A stretch of DNA of 64,000 bases, taken from positions 115,610 to 179,609 of the forward strand of contig JALMLS010000281.1 in the NCBI GenBank assembly GCA_038496445.1, read 5' to 3'. The translations under genes and the position numbers were made by a program. Below are positions 1-12,611 of the stretch, one piece after another. Below the pieces are notes generated by a model. That model was not told where the DNA came from. It worked only from the letters and a program-made list of their open reading frames with translations, and searched no databases. This DNA comes from Trichosphaerium sp. ATCC 40318. Taxonomy: Eukaryota; Protista; Tubulinea. How positions within the stretch are numbered: position 1 is the first letter of the stretch; each line of letters begins with the position of its first letter.

Positions 1-45
1 GTAGTTCTCTAAAATTACAGTAAGTACTCAATCAAGAGTCAAATT

Positions 46-3029
46 TCATAAAAAACTTATGTAAACGTACTGATGCCTGTGTTTAAGTATTTTGTTGTAC
101 ATCCCAAAGTTTCGAAGCAATACGTCATTGCAAACAAGATGTGCTGATACAACCCTTACTTGATTGTATCCATGCATTTTAGACATCTGTTCCCTAAGAA
201 ACTCAAGTTCTCTTTTAGCCACTTTATCTTTATCAGCCATATTAAAAATATCCAGTGTTCGGAAATGTGTTGCTTTTTCAATGAACCCCCTTTTACAACT
301 ATTAAACAAACAATAAGGAGGTTATATACACACTGATTGTTGGATCTATCCCAGCTACAAGCATAGTCTAATCTTGGGTTTAATTCCCAAGAATTGTTGC
401 TTTTTAGTCCTAGTTGAGAAGTCAATTGGTAGGGAAAACAGCAATGCTTGTACCTGCTTTAGTTTCACCTGGTTTATTATTTGGTACAATAGGCTGAATA
501 GCACATGTGCCACGTTTACATATGAGGGATGTGTCAGTATTAAATGTCTAGCAATAGTTAATATTGTATTGATTAGTTGTTATGTACAGAATTTTCATCG
601 TCAAGAGTGTGCTGAGCACATAGACTGCATATGAAGTCCTCATCAAACGCTGTACAACATTAACCATAAATAGAAAACTTATTCTAGCACTTACATTCCT
701 CTAAAGTTGGTTGAATGGAGTTTAGACACCATCCTTGTTTCATACATATTTGATCAACTGTACCAGCTTGTAGTTCACAGCTCCAAATATCATCTGGTAG
801 ATCACACAAGATACCTTCCATTAATTCTCCTTGTTGAACCCAAAAGGTCTATAAATGATATGAGTTATAACAAACTGAGTATCTTGTGTACCGAAGATTG
901 AACAAATATGCGATTGTAAGAACAAATTAAGGTACAAATACCTTTTTGTATTGCAAGTTTAAAATAAGAACGTGTTGGCTGTGTATCGTTAGTCAAGAGT
1001 TTTTGAGGATTAAAAGATGTACCAAGTACTGTAACCACTTTGCAAGATTACATCTCCATTGTGGGTAGTTGTCTATATGTGCACAAGAAGACCATAGCGA
1101 TTGGCTTGCTTGTTTATTAGTCGGAAAGTGTGACAACAAAGTTTCAAAGACTTTGGTGTATGCAGGATCATTATCAACCACCTTAATTAAGATAGTCTGA
1201 ATACCAAACTTTCGGTTGCTCATAGTCCGTGAAAAAACATCACTTGCATTAGATAATATAAGAAACACAGAGGTATTTTCCAATTGTCCTGACAATAGTG
1301 TTAATGTTTCGCTTCAGTATTTTATGTAGAATGACCTGCATAAAGTAACGGCGTCCATCCTTTGTTGTCTATTGCTTCTACATTTGCACGTGATTTAATT
1401 AACTCCTCAACAACCGCACTGTGTCCATATTTGGCTAGTAGAGTATGAATAACATAAAATCAAGACGTGTAGTACCAGCAAGATGTAATGCTGTCCGGCC
1501 ATCAGTATCCGCTGCCTCAATTTTTACTTTTGATCTTACCAATACTGTAACAATATCGTTGTGTCCATGACTTGCTGAGACGTGTGAGTAGCAAGTATTG
1601 TTATAAAATAAATATTGTACCAGCATAGTGTAATGGTGTTTGACCTTTTTTATCTGTAGCGTCGATGTTGCCTTTGGCTTTGATTAATAATCTAACAATA
1701 CTTACGTGTCCCGTTGATCCTAAAGTGAAATACGTTTAGATTAAAGGTATGTGTGGTATGAAAATACATTGTATAATGTGTACCTGCAAGATGTAAAGGT
1801 GTACGTCCATTATCATCAACGGCATTGATATCTGCTTTTGCTTCGATTAATAATTTAGTAATACTCGCATGTCCACATGCTAAAAAATGTGAGTAAAATT
1901 TATACAGTCGTACGTTTACAACATTACCTGCAACGTGTAAAGCTGTCTGTCCTTTGTCATGGTCTACAGAGTTAATATCTGTATTTGCTCCAAGCAGTAG
2001 TCTAACAATTCTTGGGTGTCCGCGAGAACCTTAGAAATGTGAGTAAGATACATTTATAGCAATGTTGTACTGGCAATATGTAGCGCTGTCCATCCATTAT
2101 TGTTCGCATCGTTTGTATGTACATTTGCTGCAACCAAGAGTCTGACAATATCAACACGTCCACACAGCGCTGAAAAATGTGAGTACGTACTTTAATACTT
2201 ACAATTTGTACCCGCAACATGCAAAGGTGTACATCCATTCGCATCTGAGGCGTTGACATTTGCATTCGCTGTTATCAACAATGTAACAATACGTTTGTAT
2301 CCACGAAATGCTGAGAGGTGAGTAATGTGCTTTGTAACATTTTATACTTACAATCTGCACCTGCGAGATGTAAGGCTGTCCGTTTTCCATCAGTCGCAAC
2401 ATTGACATCTGCTTTTGCGTTGATCAATATTTTGACAATCTCTTTGTGATTCTTCAATACTAAGAAATGTGAGACAAATTTCATTTTACGACCACGATCA
2501 ATCGGTGTACCGGCAACATGTAAAGCTGTACATCCATTGTCATTTGCAACATTGACGTTTGCGTTTGCTTTGGTCAATAACCTAACCATACGTGTCCATC
2601 CACGAGATACTGATAAGTATTAGGAACTCAAAGTGTACATTTACAACAATATTATACCTGCAACGTGTAAAGCTGTCCATCCTTCTTTGTTTGTAGCACC
2701 AACATTTGCCGTTGAGCATAAACACATCGATACAATAATTGGCGAATTGTCATGTGCTAAATAATTAGTTTTGAGTTTTACTAACGTTTCAACAAACCTG
2801 CACACATAAGGATATCATTGGCTGTGTCGCTTGTACGTAGCATCCTCTTTAGTTTCTTTCCTAGAAGTTGTCAATAAAGAAGTTCTATTATCTCGATGGT
2901 ACTTGTGATAGTATTGTAACGTCGTCGCTGTCGAAGCATTCTTATTTCGGCTATGTGTGGTTAATATTTAAGAAGAATCGCCCAGATCACGTGTTTCCAA
3001 AAGTCGATAAAAACCCCCAATTACGCCAT
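46..3029 (-). CDS. Ankyrin-repeat protein (about 10 repeats) with an uncharacterised C-terminal region; multi-exon, 3' end may run off the window
   Basis: Spliced exons give repeated ANK motifs (GHNDIVTVLVRSKVKIEAADTDGRTALHLA; KYGHSAVVEELIKSRANVEAIDNKGWTPLLYA). Phase-1 introns of about 40 nt separate the repeats (e.g. 1435-1475). The last repeat splices in frame to ORF 993-1295 (GQLENTSVF). Probable ATG at 3029 (MA|RNKNAS). Confidence 0.85.
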
Positions 3030-3653
3030 TTTGTACGACAATAAAAGGACTGAAACGATTGGTATGTGCTTAAGACATTTCCTTCCATGTCCCAAAAAAA
3101 ACCAGTTGAACGTCTAACGCAATTTTGCAAGTATAAAACAAGCCTTGATATGTACCTTTTAATTTTTGCTTATTTGTTTCATTTCTATCTCTTTTTGTTG
3201 CTGCTGACAATTTCCGATGTTCCATGTGATAGTAACTATTCACAGCTTTTACACGCCGTTTGCCTTCTTTCACACGTGGTAGTTTAAAAAAGTCCAATCG
3301 AAATCTCCACGGTATCACGTACCAGTTGAGTTTTGTTAGGTGCGACTGTTGTGTTGTGCTAATTAAATTTTAGTATTTTCGAACAAAATATTAAAGAAAA
3401 GTTTCAACTTTCGAACGAATTGTGATGGCGTCAACACGTAGCTTCCCAAATTGGTTGCCAACGAAAGCCTTATCTTTAAAATAAATATGCCACATGCAAA
3501 GGGGTGACGTTTTAGTACGCTGAAATAAATTGTTTATAAAAACAATTAATTGGTATTGATAATACCACTATGCAGCTGCAAGTTTACTATTTATTTGGTA
3601 CAAGAACAGTTCCTATTGAGGCAAATATTAACTGAAAGCAATACCTCCAATGA

Positions 3654-3815
3654 CTGATAAGAAATCTTCGCACGGTCTTTATACTTCTCTAACACGTGAA
3701 GACCAACGTATTTAAATCCACTACCGGCGTTTGTAGGTTTGCCTAATCACGGCACATCCCCAATCTATAACAAGTGCATCATTGCTGATAGTCAACATGA
3801 TATTGGTAAAGGATA
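3654..3815 (-). pseudogene. Isolated decayed fragment of the kinase exon of the 9934-12611 gene
   Basis: Near-identical to 10267-10435 (ctgataagaaatct...ttggtaaaggatat) with small indels; covers the NIMLTI..IDWG region. Confidence 0.85.
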
Positions 3816-4140
3816 TATTGTCCATTCAAGTTTGTGACAGGTTTGGCAGAAGTATCAAAGTGCAAGATCTCAAATTACTAATGTTCTTTACACGCTAGCT
3901 TAGCACCATGCGAATGATGGCACGTTCAGGCGTAAAGAGGAGTATTAAACATGAGATAACGTTAAAATCTCAAAGAAAATTACAAGCGCTTCCAAAGTAT
4001 CTGCGCTGAGCGTACGGTATTAACGTAGCGTAATAATCTGTTTTAGAGTATAGGAGACAAATGTTGGACCTCAGAGGTAATCAGAGACGTTAACAGAAAT
4101 GCATTAATGTACCAAATAAAACAACAGTAAAAAACACGTG

Positions 4141-4345
4141 GTGTTGCACAATATGTTTGCGTTTTTGACATGGATTTAGTTTTTTCCAGAACTGACAAGA
4201 TCCATTAGATCTTGTAGTTTTTGACAGCTCTTGTAAGAACTAACAGAAGTTGCAAGATCTGTCAGATCTGACTAAACACGAAAACCAAAAGTCACAAACA
4301 GCAAAAAGTTGCAAAGATTAGCAAACTTGAATGATATGTACAATA
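4141..4345. repeat. Imperfect foldback of about 180 bp (MITE-like); right arm repeated at 47663-47741
   Basis: Left arm tttgcgtttttgacatggatttagtttttttccagaactgacaagatc pairs with the reverse complement of gatctgtcagatctgactaaacacgaaaaccaaaagtcacaaacagcaaa. Confidence 0.65.
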
Positions 4346-5226
4346 CTTAAACAAACTTCGAATACAATGCCAAAGGTTTCAGCACCCAACTTAGCTGTAT
4401 GACTTATACTGTATAGTGTAAGTAGCAAAAGTATTAAATAAACCGTATATTCTTTCTTTTGAGTTGGATTCGGCTTTTATTCTAACTTCATTATTATATC
4501 ATGTGACAACTTTTTAAAACCATTAAGTGTTTTGTTCATTTTTGCTATATCATTGCGAATTTTCTTTACCATCTTAGCGTCTTGCTTACTATCGATAAGC
4601 TTTGAGTGTATTTCACCCAACCAACACTGAAGTAGCTCGAAGTTTCTCCTTGCTACGAGTTAAAATTCTACTGTACAAAGGTGGCACGTACAAAAACTGT
4701 TTAAGCTTTGAAGCAGCTTTCTTTGTGTTACCAAACATTTCGTATTTTAGAGCTACGTTAAGCATTGAGTTGTTGAGGTTGCATATTTGGGTAAACGAGT
4801 TACAATCCCATATCATTAAAAAGGTCTGGTATTTGCTCCAGCTTCGCTTCTGTCGACCATTCTGAAATTATGGATGTACTCTGCCGTGTCTTTTCCTTTA
4901 TGCGCAAACGTATGTGTATGCCTTTAGATGCGGGTAGGGCTTCGATGATATAAGAATGTCTAAGATTTTAAAGTTAAACAGTAACAAGGGAAGCAACAGC
5001 GAAACCCTGTTCTTATATGTGGATTGCTATCCCTTATGCTAGTTATGTCGTTTATTATTTCGTCGTTAATAGTTTTTATGGCTTGTATCTTTTTCAATAG
5101 AGTGGTTGTGCTCATTGTAGTGCTCGTAGAACATGTAAAAAACAAACAAATTTGGCAAATCTCTCAGAGACTTTCTTTTTTTAGATTGGGTCTCGAGGCT
5201 TGTGGCAGACTTCTTTCAAACAGAAT

Positions 5227-6680
5227 TTGTTCGAATAAACATACACCAACACTGCAAAACGAAAAATAAATAACTAAGAAAGCCAATTAGTTATCTTGTT
5301 TGCAGAGACAACAATAGCCATAGTCATTCACTACATGGAGCGTTGATTTCATCATAGAACATTGACACTAGTGATTTTATCAAACCATCATAGTCCTCAT
5401 TGTAGGCACATGCTAAACAAGAATGATGTACTTAACACCGCAGGGCGCTTTTTTGACTTTCCAGAGATGATGTCTTCTTCAAGACTCTCTTCAGTGTGCG
5501 TATCCCGCACCATCAGATAAGGTAATGTGTTTTCTTGTGCCAGGAATTGTCCAAGGTAAACACCATACTCCTCCTCAGACTCAAACGTTTTCAGTGTTCC
5601 ATCATCCTCCGTCATAAAATTGTCTACTATGTTAACCTTTGTGCTAGAAAAATTCATCAGTCAAGAGTCTTAACTTCCTTGCCGACCTGCAATTGCTCTA
5701 ACGAAAAAGTGAGCTTGATTGATTCCTGAAAAAAAACCTGGCGAAGTAAACAGCAAACGTACGTGTAATTAAGACACCTAACAATGTCATGTGCCTTTCC
5801 GAGTTATAGATAATCGCCATTTGCTGCTTGTTTATATCACGCATTCGTTCTTCAATTTCGATTTTTTGCTTTTTAGCCTCCCTTTCTAGCTTTCGGTGAT
5901 CTCTCAAACTTTTTTTTGTGCTCACTCTGTAGTTTGTCTAACTTTAAGTGTACAGTTTCTAGCCTTTCCATTTTCTCTTGTTACTCTCCACAGTGGCACA
6001 AATCTCATCCAGCGTAGCTTGTTTTACAACAATACCTCTGAACTCCCCTATCTCTTCAACTGCAGTCTGAGAGGAGAATACGTTGTATCTATAGAACCGT
6101 TAGAGGCGATAATCTAAGAATTATTAGAGGCGAAGACACGGCTACCAGAACTTTCGAACAGTTTTTTTTGAACTGTTTTGATGTGTACCTCAGGATCTTC
6201 TTCTCACCTATATGAGTAAAGATTAACCCATTACTGGCCATGCTGAAGACGTAGTTGTGTAATGAAAAGGTAAGGTGTAATTGCATTGACTTAATTGATA
6301 ATGTACTAAATAATCACGTACCTCCCTCAGAACCTGGTGTAGGAGATTTCCAAGAAGCTTTATGTGATAAAGTTCTCCTCTTTGAGCAAGTCATCATCTT
6401 TAGAACTACGTTAGAGAAGTAATGAGGGAGTAAAAAAATAAAGTCCAAAAACTTTTTTCATGATTGAAAAAACAAGGAATTCTAGAATAAAGTTCAACTT
6501 CACCAAATACTCAGTTTATAGTACACCTCAGTGAATGACACTAGTATTACTGCGTGTAGGATATGTACTCTTTCGCTTGTGTATCCCTTGATACGGTTGA
6601 GCCTGAAAGGCATAGTTTGGTAATAACAGTTTTTGCGGTTCCGCGTGGGTGCGTTTGTTATCAAAACAAGTAGATTTGTT
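5227..6680 (-). pseudogene. Internally deleted duplicate of the HEH-REase-kinase gene and its upstream region
   Basis: Colinear with 9886-12900 but missing about 10076-11310 and about 12077-12393, with several small indels. ORFs 5397-5657 and 5698-5925 match 11205-11669 and 11584-11904. Confidence 0.9.
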
Positions 6681-6882
6681 ATTTCACAAGTGAGCGCTTG
6701 GCGAGTCCACGTGATACTAAATATTGTTTTGACCTTATGTAGGTTCAGTCAGCACAGATTAGACGTACTAGGTATCATTCACCTCCTTATTACCATGGCT
6801 TGTACATATTTTCCAAATAAACACTCGGTTTGTCTTATACGCCAGGGATTGACAAAACACAAAAGCACGAAAAATTGTTTAT

Positions 6883-8756
6883 TTACACAGAGTCCGAGAA
6901 CGAGCTCTCTTTGCTTTTTCCAGAATAGCTATTGTCCTTAGAATTAATCAAAGGCTTATTTTCCTAAACAATCAAATTAAAAACTAGTAGACAAGTAAAC
7001 AAAAGCTCACCTGTCGCTTGCCCAACTCTTTCTCTGTTGGTTTAATAAAAAGCAATAGCAAAAATGCAATAAAAAAAGATGCACCAGCCATAGCTCCAGC
7101 TACTTTGTAGCTACCAAATGCATCATATATGGCACCAGCAGCAGGTACACCAGCTGCCATTGATAGCCAACCAAACCACAATGTACCAAGAATCACAGAA
7201 AAGTTCTCTAAATTATTGCTTTAGTATGAGATGAAAGCAAAAAAAAATAAATAGAGTACCTGTTCCGAAGACCTCTGCAACAAACGGCGAAAAGTTTCCT
7301 ATTATTGAACCAGATGATACACCATAAGCTACACCATAAGCCATCAGTAGTGGAAAACTATTAAGCCAGGGCCAAGCAGTAGTAATGACAGTCATGAACA
7401 ATAAAGCCAACTGAATAATAATTCTTTGTCCAACGAAATCAGATATGAAACCAAAGATTAACCTTCCACCAGCAGAAGCAGCACCAATAACTGAAAGAAG
7501 GAGAGAAGATTGGAAAGTAGTAAATCCTTTATCTTCACCATCAGCAATGATATGAGAGAATGGTATAAGGTATCCGTATGCCATGAATAATACAATAAGG
7601 AAAAGTATTATAAATTGTAAGTTTGTAAAGTATTCAATATCAAAAACTTTCTTGCTTTGTTTGATTGTAACCCTCTTACGATAAAAAAATATCAAAGGCA
7701 GATTTAATGCGAGAATACCCGACATTACTTTTAAAGTGTTCTTCCAGCCCATCATACCCTCCAAATATGTAAAAAGAGCTGGATATACAAAAGTACCAAC
7801 GCCAATACCTGAACAAACATAAGACGGGGTAAAAAACTTCAGAATGACTGCTAGAAACAACGCACTTCAAAAAAAATTTCACAAAACAAATACATAACTA
7901 TTCGGGCTTGAAAAGAAAACAGTCCCTTGCGAATTACTGAGTGAAAAATGACTCCAAAGTGGTTTTTGTCGGGTTTTGCCAATATTTCCTATTTTTCTAA
8001 AAATACAACACACGTGTAAGGTCGAGAATTTTTCGTGTAGTGATGTTAGGTACCTGCGTTAGCTAAACCAAATGCTAATCCGGCGTATTTGTCAAACCAC
8101 ATGGCTAATAATGCATTACCAAGAATTGTACAACAAGAACCAAGTCCCACAACAAAACCGTATGTAAATACAAACCAAGCAAATGAAGGAGCATATCCAC
8201 TAGCGAATAGACCAACTGTTGCAATAGCTGATGCTATACCCATCATAAGAGGGTACCCGAACTTTTCTGCACAATAACCAAAACCACTCATCACTGTGTA
8301 TGTCTAGAAACTAATTAATTTGCGTCTTCATCTCATACTACAAAAAATTCGCGTTCACGTAACGTTACGTCTACAAGTAGTTCACTTTGAGTGTTTCTAT
8401 TTGAGTTGAAACAGCGGTAGTTGAGTACTTACTGTGATTGTGTAGATTGTACTAGCTAATGATGCTTCACCTCTATCGATATTGTATTCTTCTAGATTGT
8501 AGTTAGAAATAGCGCTTGTGATGTATTACGAACCTGTCAGGTTAGTTATAAGAGCGCCGAAGAGATAGCTTACACCATAAACCGAGAAAAATAGATAAAA
8601 ACAAACAGCAAGTACTACAAATGCATATCCTTTGTCTGGTGGAGGCGGTGTTGGGTCATTAGCGAATAAGTCTTCTGTTTCAAACTCTAGGCGCTCAGTT
8701 GTTGTGAGAGCTACTTCCGCAGAAAACCTCTTTATATCACGTTCCTTTGCGTCCAT
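6883..8756 (-). CDS. MFS transporter, monocarboxylate transporter (MCT/SLC16-like) family; multi-exon
   Basis: N-terminal PPDKGYAFVV motif, WFDKYAGLAFGLANAG, GRLIFGFISD, multiple hydrophobic helices. Last exon DNSYSG...DSV* after a GTGAGC donor. Confidence 0.92.
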
Positions 8757-8999
8757 TCTCGATAAAGATAAACGTCACTTTTGATACCTGCTGTTCAAAA
8801 GATTCACAATATTTCGTCATCTCGAGGTAAGATACTCCGCGTTCACACCGGAAGAAACACGCACGTTCTCCTACATTTTTTGGTACCTGATCACGTGCCT
8901 TTCTTCCACGATGACGAACACTTTGTTGTTTGAGTCTAGATATGTCATGCGATCCATGAATACTTTCCTAACATTTCTTGTAAACGATGGAAGCTTAAT

Positions 9000-9155
9000 T
9001 TGGCATTTTGGATCTTCTCCATTGTTATCACAAACCCTAAAGTGTTTGCTATCGTTCTCATAGAAAATATACTGGAAAGTGATGGAAACCGTTTGCATCG
9101 TCACTGTACGATAATAACTTATTTTTATAACCATATCATGCCAATACTGTGGCAT
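9000..9155 (-). pseudogene. Remnant of a class 3 lipase (C-terminal part)
   Basis: WHDMV, a frameshifted GFHHFP and IFYENDSKHFRVCDNNGEDPKC match the Lipase_3 C-terminal H...C...GEDPxC pattern. No GxSxG-bearing part was found. Confidence 0.55.
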
Positions 9156-9933
9156 GTTTTACGTCGAGCAGAAAATCTATGATTTCTTTCTGATTTATCA
9201 TTGTCGCCCACGCAGTGATCTTAAAACTGCTCTTTGGTGTTGTATTTTAAAAAAGCGAGGTAGAGAAACTATTCGATTTAAGCCATTTTTTCTAGCCTCT
9301 GTGAGTACTCCCAATATGCTGTTTTACGCGTAAGGAAACGTTTTATGACATTCATAATCCCAAACTACACGCCATAAAGTTATTAAAATTTATAAAGCAG
9401 AAGAGCTACTCACACGCTATGAGAGTACGTTCACCTATTTTTTGTGCTGTTTGAGAGCTAAGAAACATAAACACATTTGAAGTCACAATAACTCACTGGG
9501 AGAGTTTTAATACTGGCGCTTAAGTATATTTGCTTGTTGGAACAGACATCGTAATTATGGATGTTTTTATCGCGCAACTACGCTCGTAATTTTTTGCGTG
9601 CCGCAGTTTTTATGAAATTTATTATTGTTGACACGTGATCAAATGCAAACAGAAAATGACTTGGCTTGCCTTTTATATGGGTTTTTACGAACAATTCTAG
9701 CTGCATAATACTGGCCATTTTTAAAACACAAAAGTGTGCCAGCTAAAATGCATCACTTGCACACATGTGAGTATATATGGCAATAACGGGGCTTTCAAAT
9801 AGTTCAAAATTTTATTTGTGTTGTACTTAATGTTGGTGGCAGAAGTCCATCATAAACGGTTAAACACTACTTCAACAGAGTTTATTCGAATAAACATACA
9901 CTGATGAAAAAAAAAGAAGTAACAGAAATCCAA

Positions 9934-12611
9934 TTAGTTATCTTGTTTGCAGAGACAACAATAGCCATAGGTTCCACATTCACTACACGGAGCGTTGATT
10001 TCATCGTAGAACATAGACACTAATGATTTTATCAAACCATCATAGTCTTCATTGTAGGCACATGCTAGACAAGAACCCCAAATGAAATCAAGTGTATAGT
10101 GACTCCATTTACGAATAAAATTTTTTCTCGAGTCACGTTCTTCTGTTGCTGTACCATTTTCAATGGTTTTTATCCACGCAGCATAAGAAGAATCTATATC
10201 GTTTCTACAGTTTTCGTTTAGCTTAAGGTACATGATAACTCGAATGAACGAATACAAATCATGGGAACCCTGATAAGAAATCTTTGCACGGTCTTTATAC
10301 TTCTCTAACACGTGAAGACCAACGTATTTAAATCCACCAGCGGCGTTTGTAGGTTTGCCTAATGTCGCAGCACATCCCCAATCTATAACAAGTGCATCAT
10401 TGTTGATAGTCAACATGATATTGGTAAAGGATATGTCCCTAAAAATTTGTCAAAAACCTGATAATTCAATGAAAAACTTTCATTTGACACATTGCAATGT
10501 GTCAAAAACAAAAAAAAAAACTCACCGATGAACTATTTTATGCTTATGCGCATATCTTAACGTGTCAACCACTTGCTGTATAAACAATTTTATATTGCTT
10601 ATTTGGTTGATGCTTTTTACTCTCAGTGCAATCGGAGTCATAGCTATGGTCGTTTTTAAAGTTTCAAGCTAATAATAAAGTGAGATTACCTTGTATTTTA
10701 TCAAATACGATACGTACAACTTTTGGAACTGTAGGAAGCCCCTTCAGCTTTACTAAAACGTCCACTTCTTTAGCTACGTAATCAGGCGCATTTTGACTGT
10801 CCTTCTTATTAAACTCCTTAATCGCCACCAACTCTACAACGTCTCCGTTTACAACTGGAACGCTGTACACAGTGGCAAATGCTCCAATCCCAAGACACGA
10901 TTCCGGAGAATAAGTTTTACCTTTGAATCGCAATATCTTTGATCTGTATCCCAGTGTCTCTGGCTTTTGCGATAATAGCTGAAATAATCGTACACGCCCC
11001 TCGGTTTTCAAATCCAGCTCTTTAGTTTTGAAATAAGTGGGAGCCTTATCCGTCTGCTTAATGACGATTTTTATAATAACGACTTTCTCGAAATTCATCA
11101 GCACAACATAAACCGCTTCGCGTAATGTTTGGGCACGTAGAACAGCGATACCATACAGGCTTACTTGCCCATAGTCATCTGTTGTAAACTTTTCTACAAA
11201 AAAATTAGCGAGAATACAAGAAAAAGAAAAAGAAATGCAAAGAATAAGACATACTTTTTTTAAGTTCGATAACTACCACTTGGTGGTAGTTCTTGACTCT
11301 TCTTTCTTCAAGGATGATGGTGTCTGTACTTAACACCGATAAATCAGGGCGCTTTTTTGACTTTCCGGAGATGATGTCTTCTTCAAGACTCTCTTCAGTG
11401 TGCGTATCTCGCACCATCAGATAAGGTAACATGTTTTCTTGTGCCAGGAATTTTCCAAGGTAAACATTATACTCCTCCTCGGACTCAAACGTTTTCGGTG
11501 TTCCATCATCCTCCGTCATAAAATTGTCTGGTATGTTAACTTTTGTGCTAGAAAATTCATCAGGAAGTTCCTGAGCAAGAGCCTTAACTTCCTTGCCGAC
11601 CTGCAATTGCTCTAACAAAAAAGTGAGCTTGATTGATATCTGAAAAAAACCTGGCGAAGTAAACGGCAAACGTACGTGTAATTAAGACACCCGACAATGT
11701 CATGTGCCTTTCTGAGTTATAGATAATTGCCATTTGCTGTTTGTTTATATCGCGCATTCGTTCTTCAGTTTCTAATTTTTGCTTTTTAGCCTCCCTTTCT
11801 AGTTTTCGGTGATCACTCTCAAGCTTTTTGTGCTCACTCTGTAGTTTGTCTAACTTTAAGTGTACAGTTTCTAGCCTTTCCATTTTTCGCTTGTTACTCT
11901 TCATAGTGGCACAAATCTCATCCAGCGTAGCTTGTTTTACAACAATACCTCTGAACTCCCCTATCTCTTCAACTGCAGTCTGAGCAGGAGAATATGTTGT
12001 ATCTATAGAACCGTTAGAGGCGATAAGACACGGCTACCAAAACTTTTGAAAATTTTTTTTGAACGGTTTTGATGTACTAAAACGAAAAACAAAAGGCTCA
12101 AACCCACAAAAACTTTGTACATGTATGAAATGCCCTGTGAGGAATCCAAACATTTAAAAGTACTAAATTGAAGTGTTGTACTAAATAAAAAAAACACCAA
12201 AAGTTTTGAGTTGTTACGTACGAAGGGCTCTGTAAATCAACGCTACTAACTCTGCTTTGTTGAGATTTCTTTTTTTACTTTTGCGCTGGGTTCCTTCTGT
12301 TTTGTTATCAACTTCCACTTGTTTTAAAACCAAGCGTAATCGTTTGGCAAGTTCTTTTAACTCGTCTACAGTTTTCTCTTCTAGCTGATCATATGTATAC
12401 CTCGGGATCTTCTTCTCACCTATATGAGTAAAGATTAACCCATTACTGGCCATGCTGAAGATGTAGCTGTGTAATGAAAAGGTAAGGTGTAATTGCATTG
12501 ACTTAATTGATAATGTGTACTAAATAATCACGTACCTCCCTCAGAATCTGGTGAAGAAGATTTCTGATGAGCTTTATGTGATAAAGCCCTCTTCTTTGAG
12601 CGAGTCATCAT
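9934..12611 (-). CDS. HEH/SAP-like domain + coiled coil + PD-(D/E)xK restriction-endonuclease-like domain + protein kinase (Crinkler/CR-effector- or FunK1-like); at least 7 exons
   Basis: LEEKTVDELKELAKRL...LNKAELVALI (HEH); KKRPDLSV...VIELKK..DYGQVSLYGIAVLRAQTLREAVYVVLMN (REase); LGIGAFATVY, VAIK, KEVDVL, HR|DISFTNIML, IDWG (kinase). All splice junctions are frame-consistent; the exact 5' start is uncertain. Confidence 0.8.

Noticed and set aside
4400-5145. Possible minus-strand coiled-coil gene
   Set aside because: Protein-like pieces lie in different frames with stops. I found no consistent splice model and no recognisable family.
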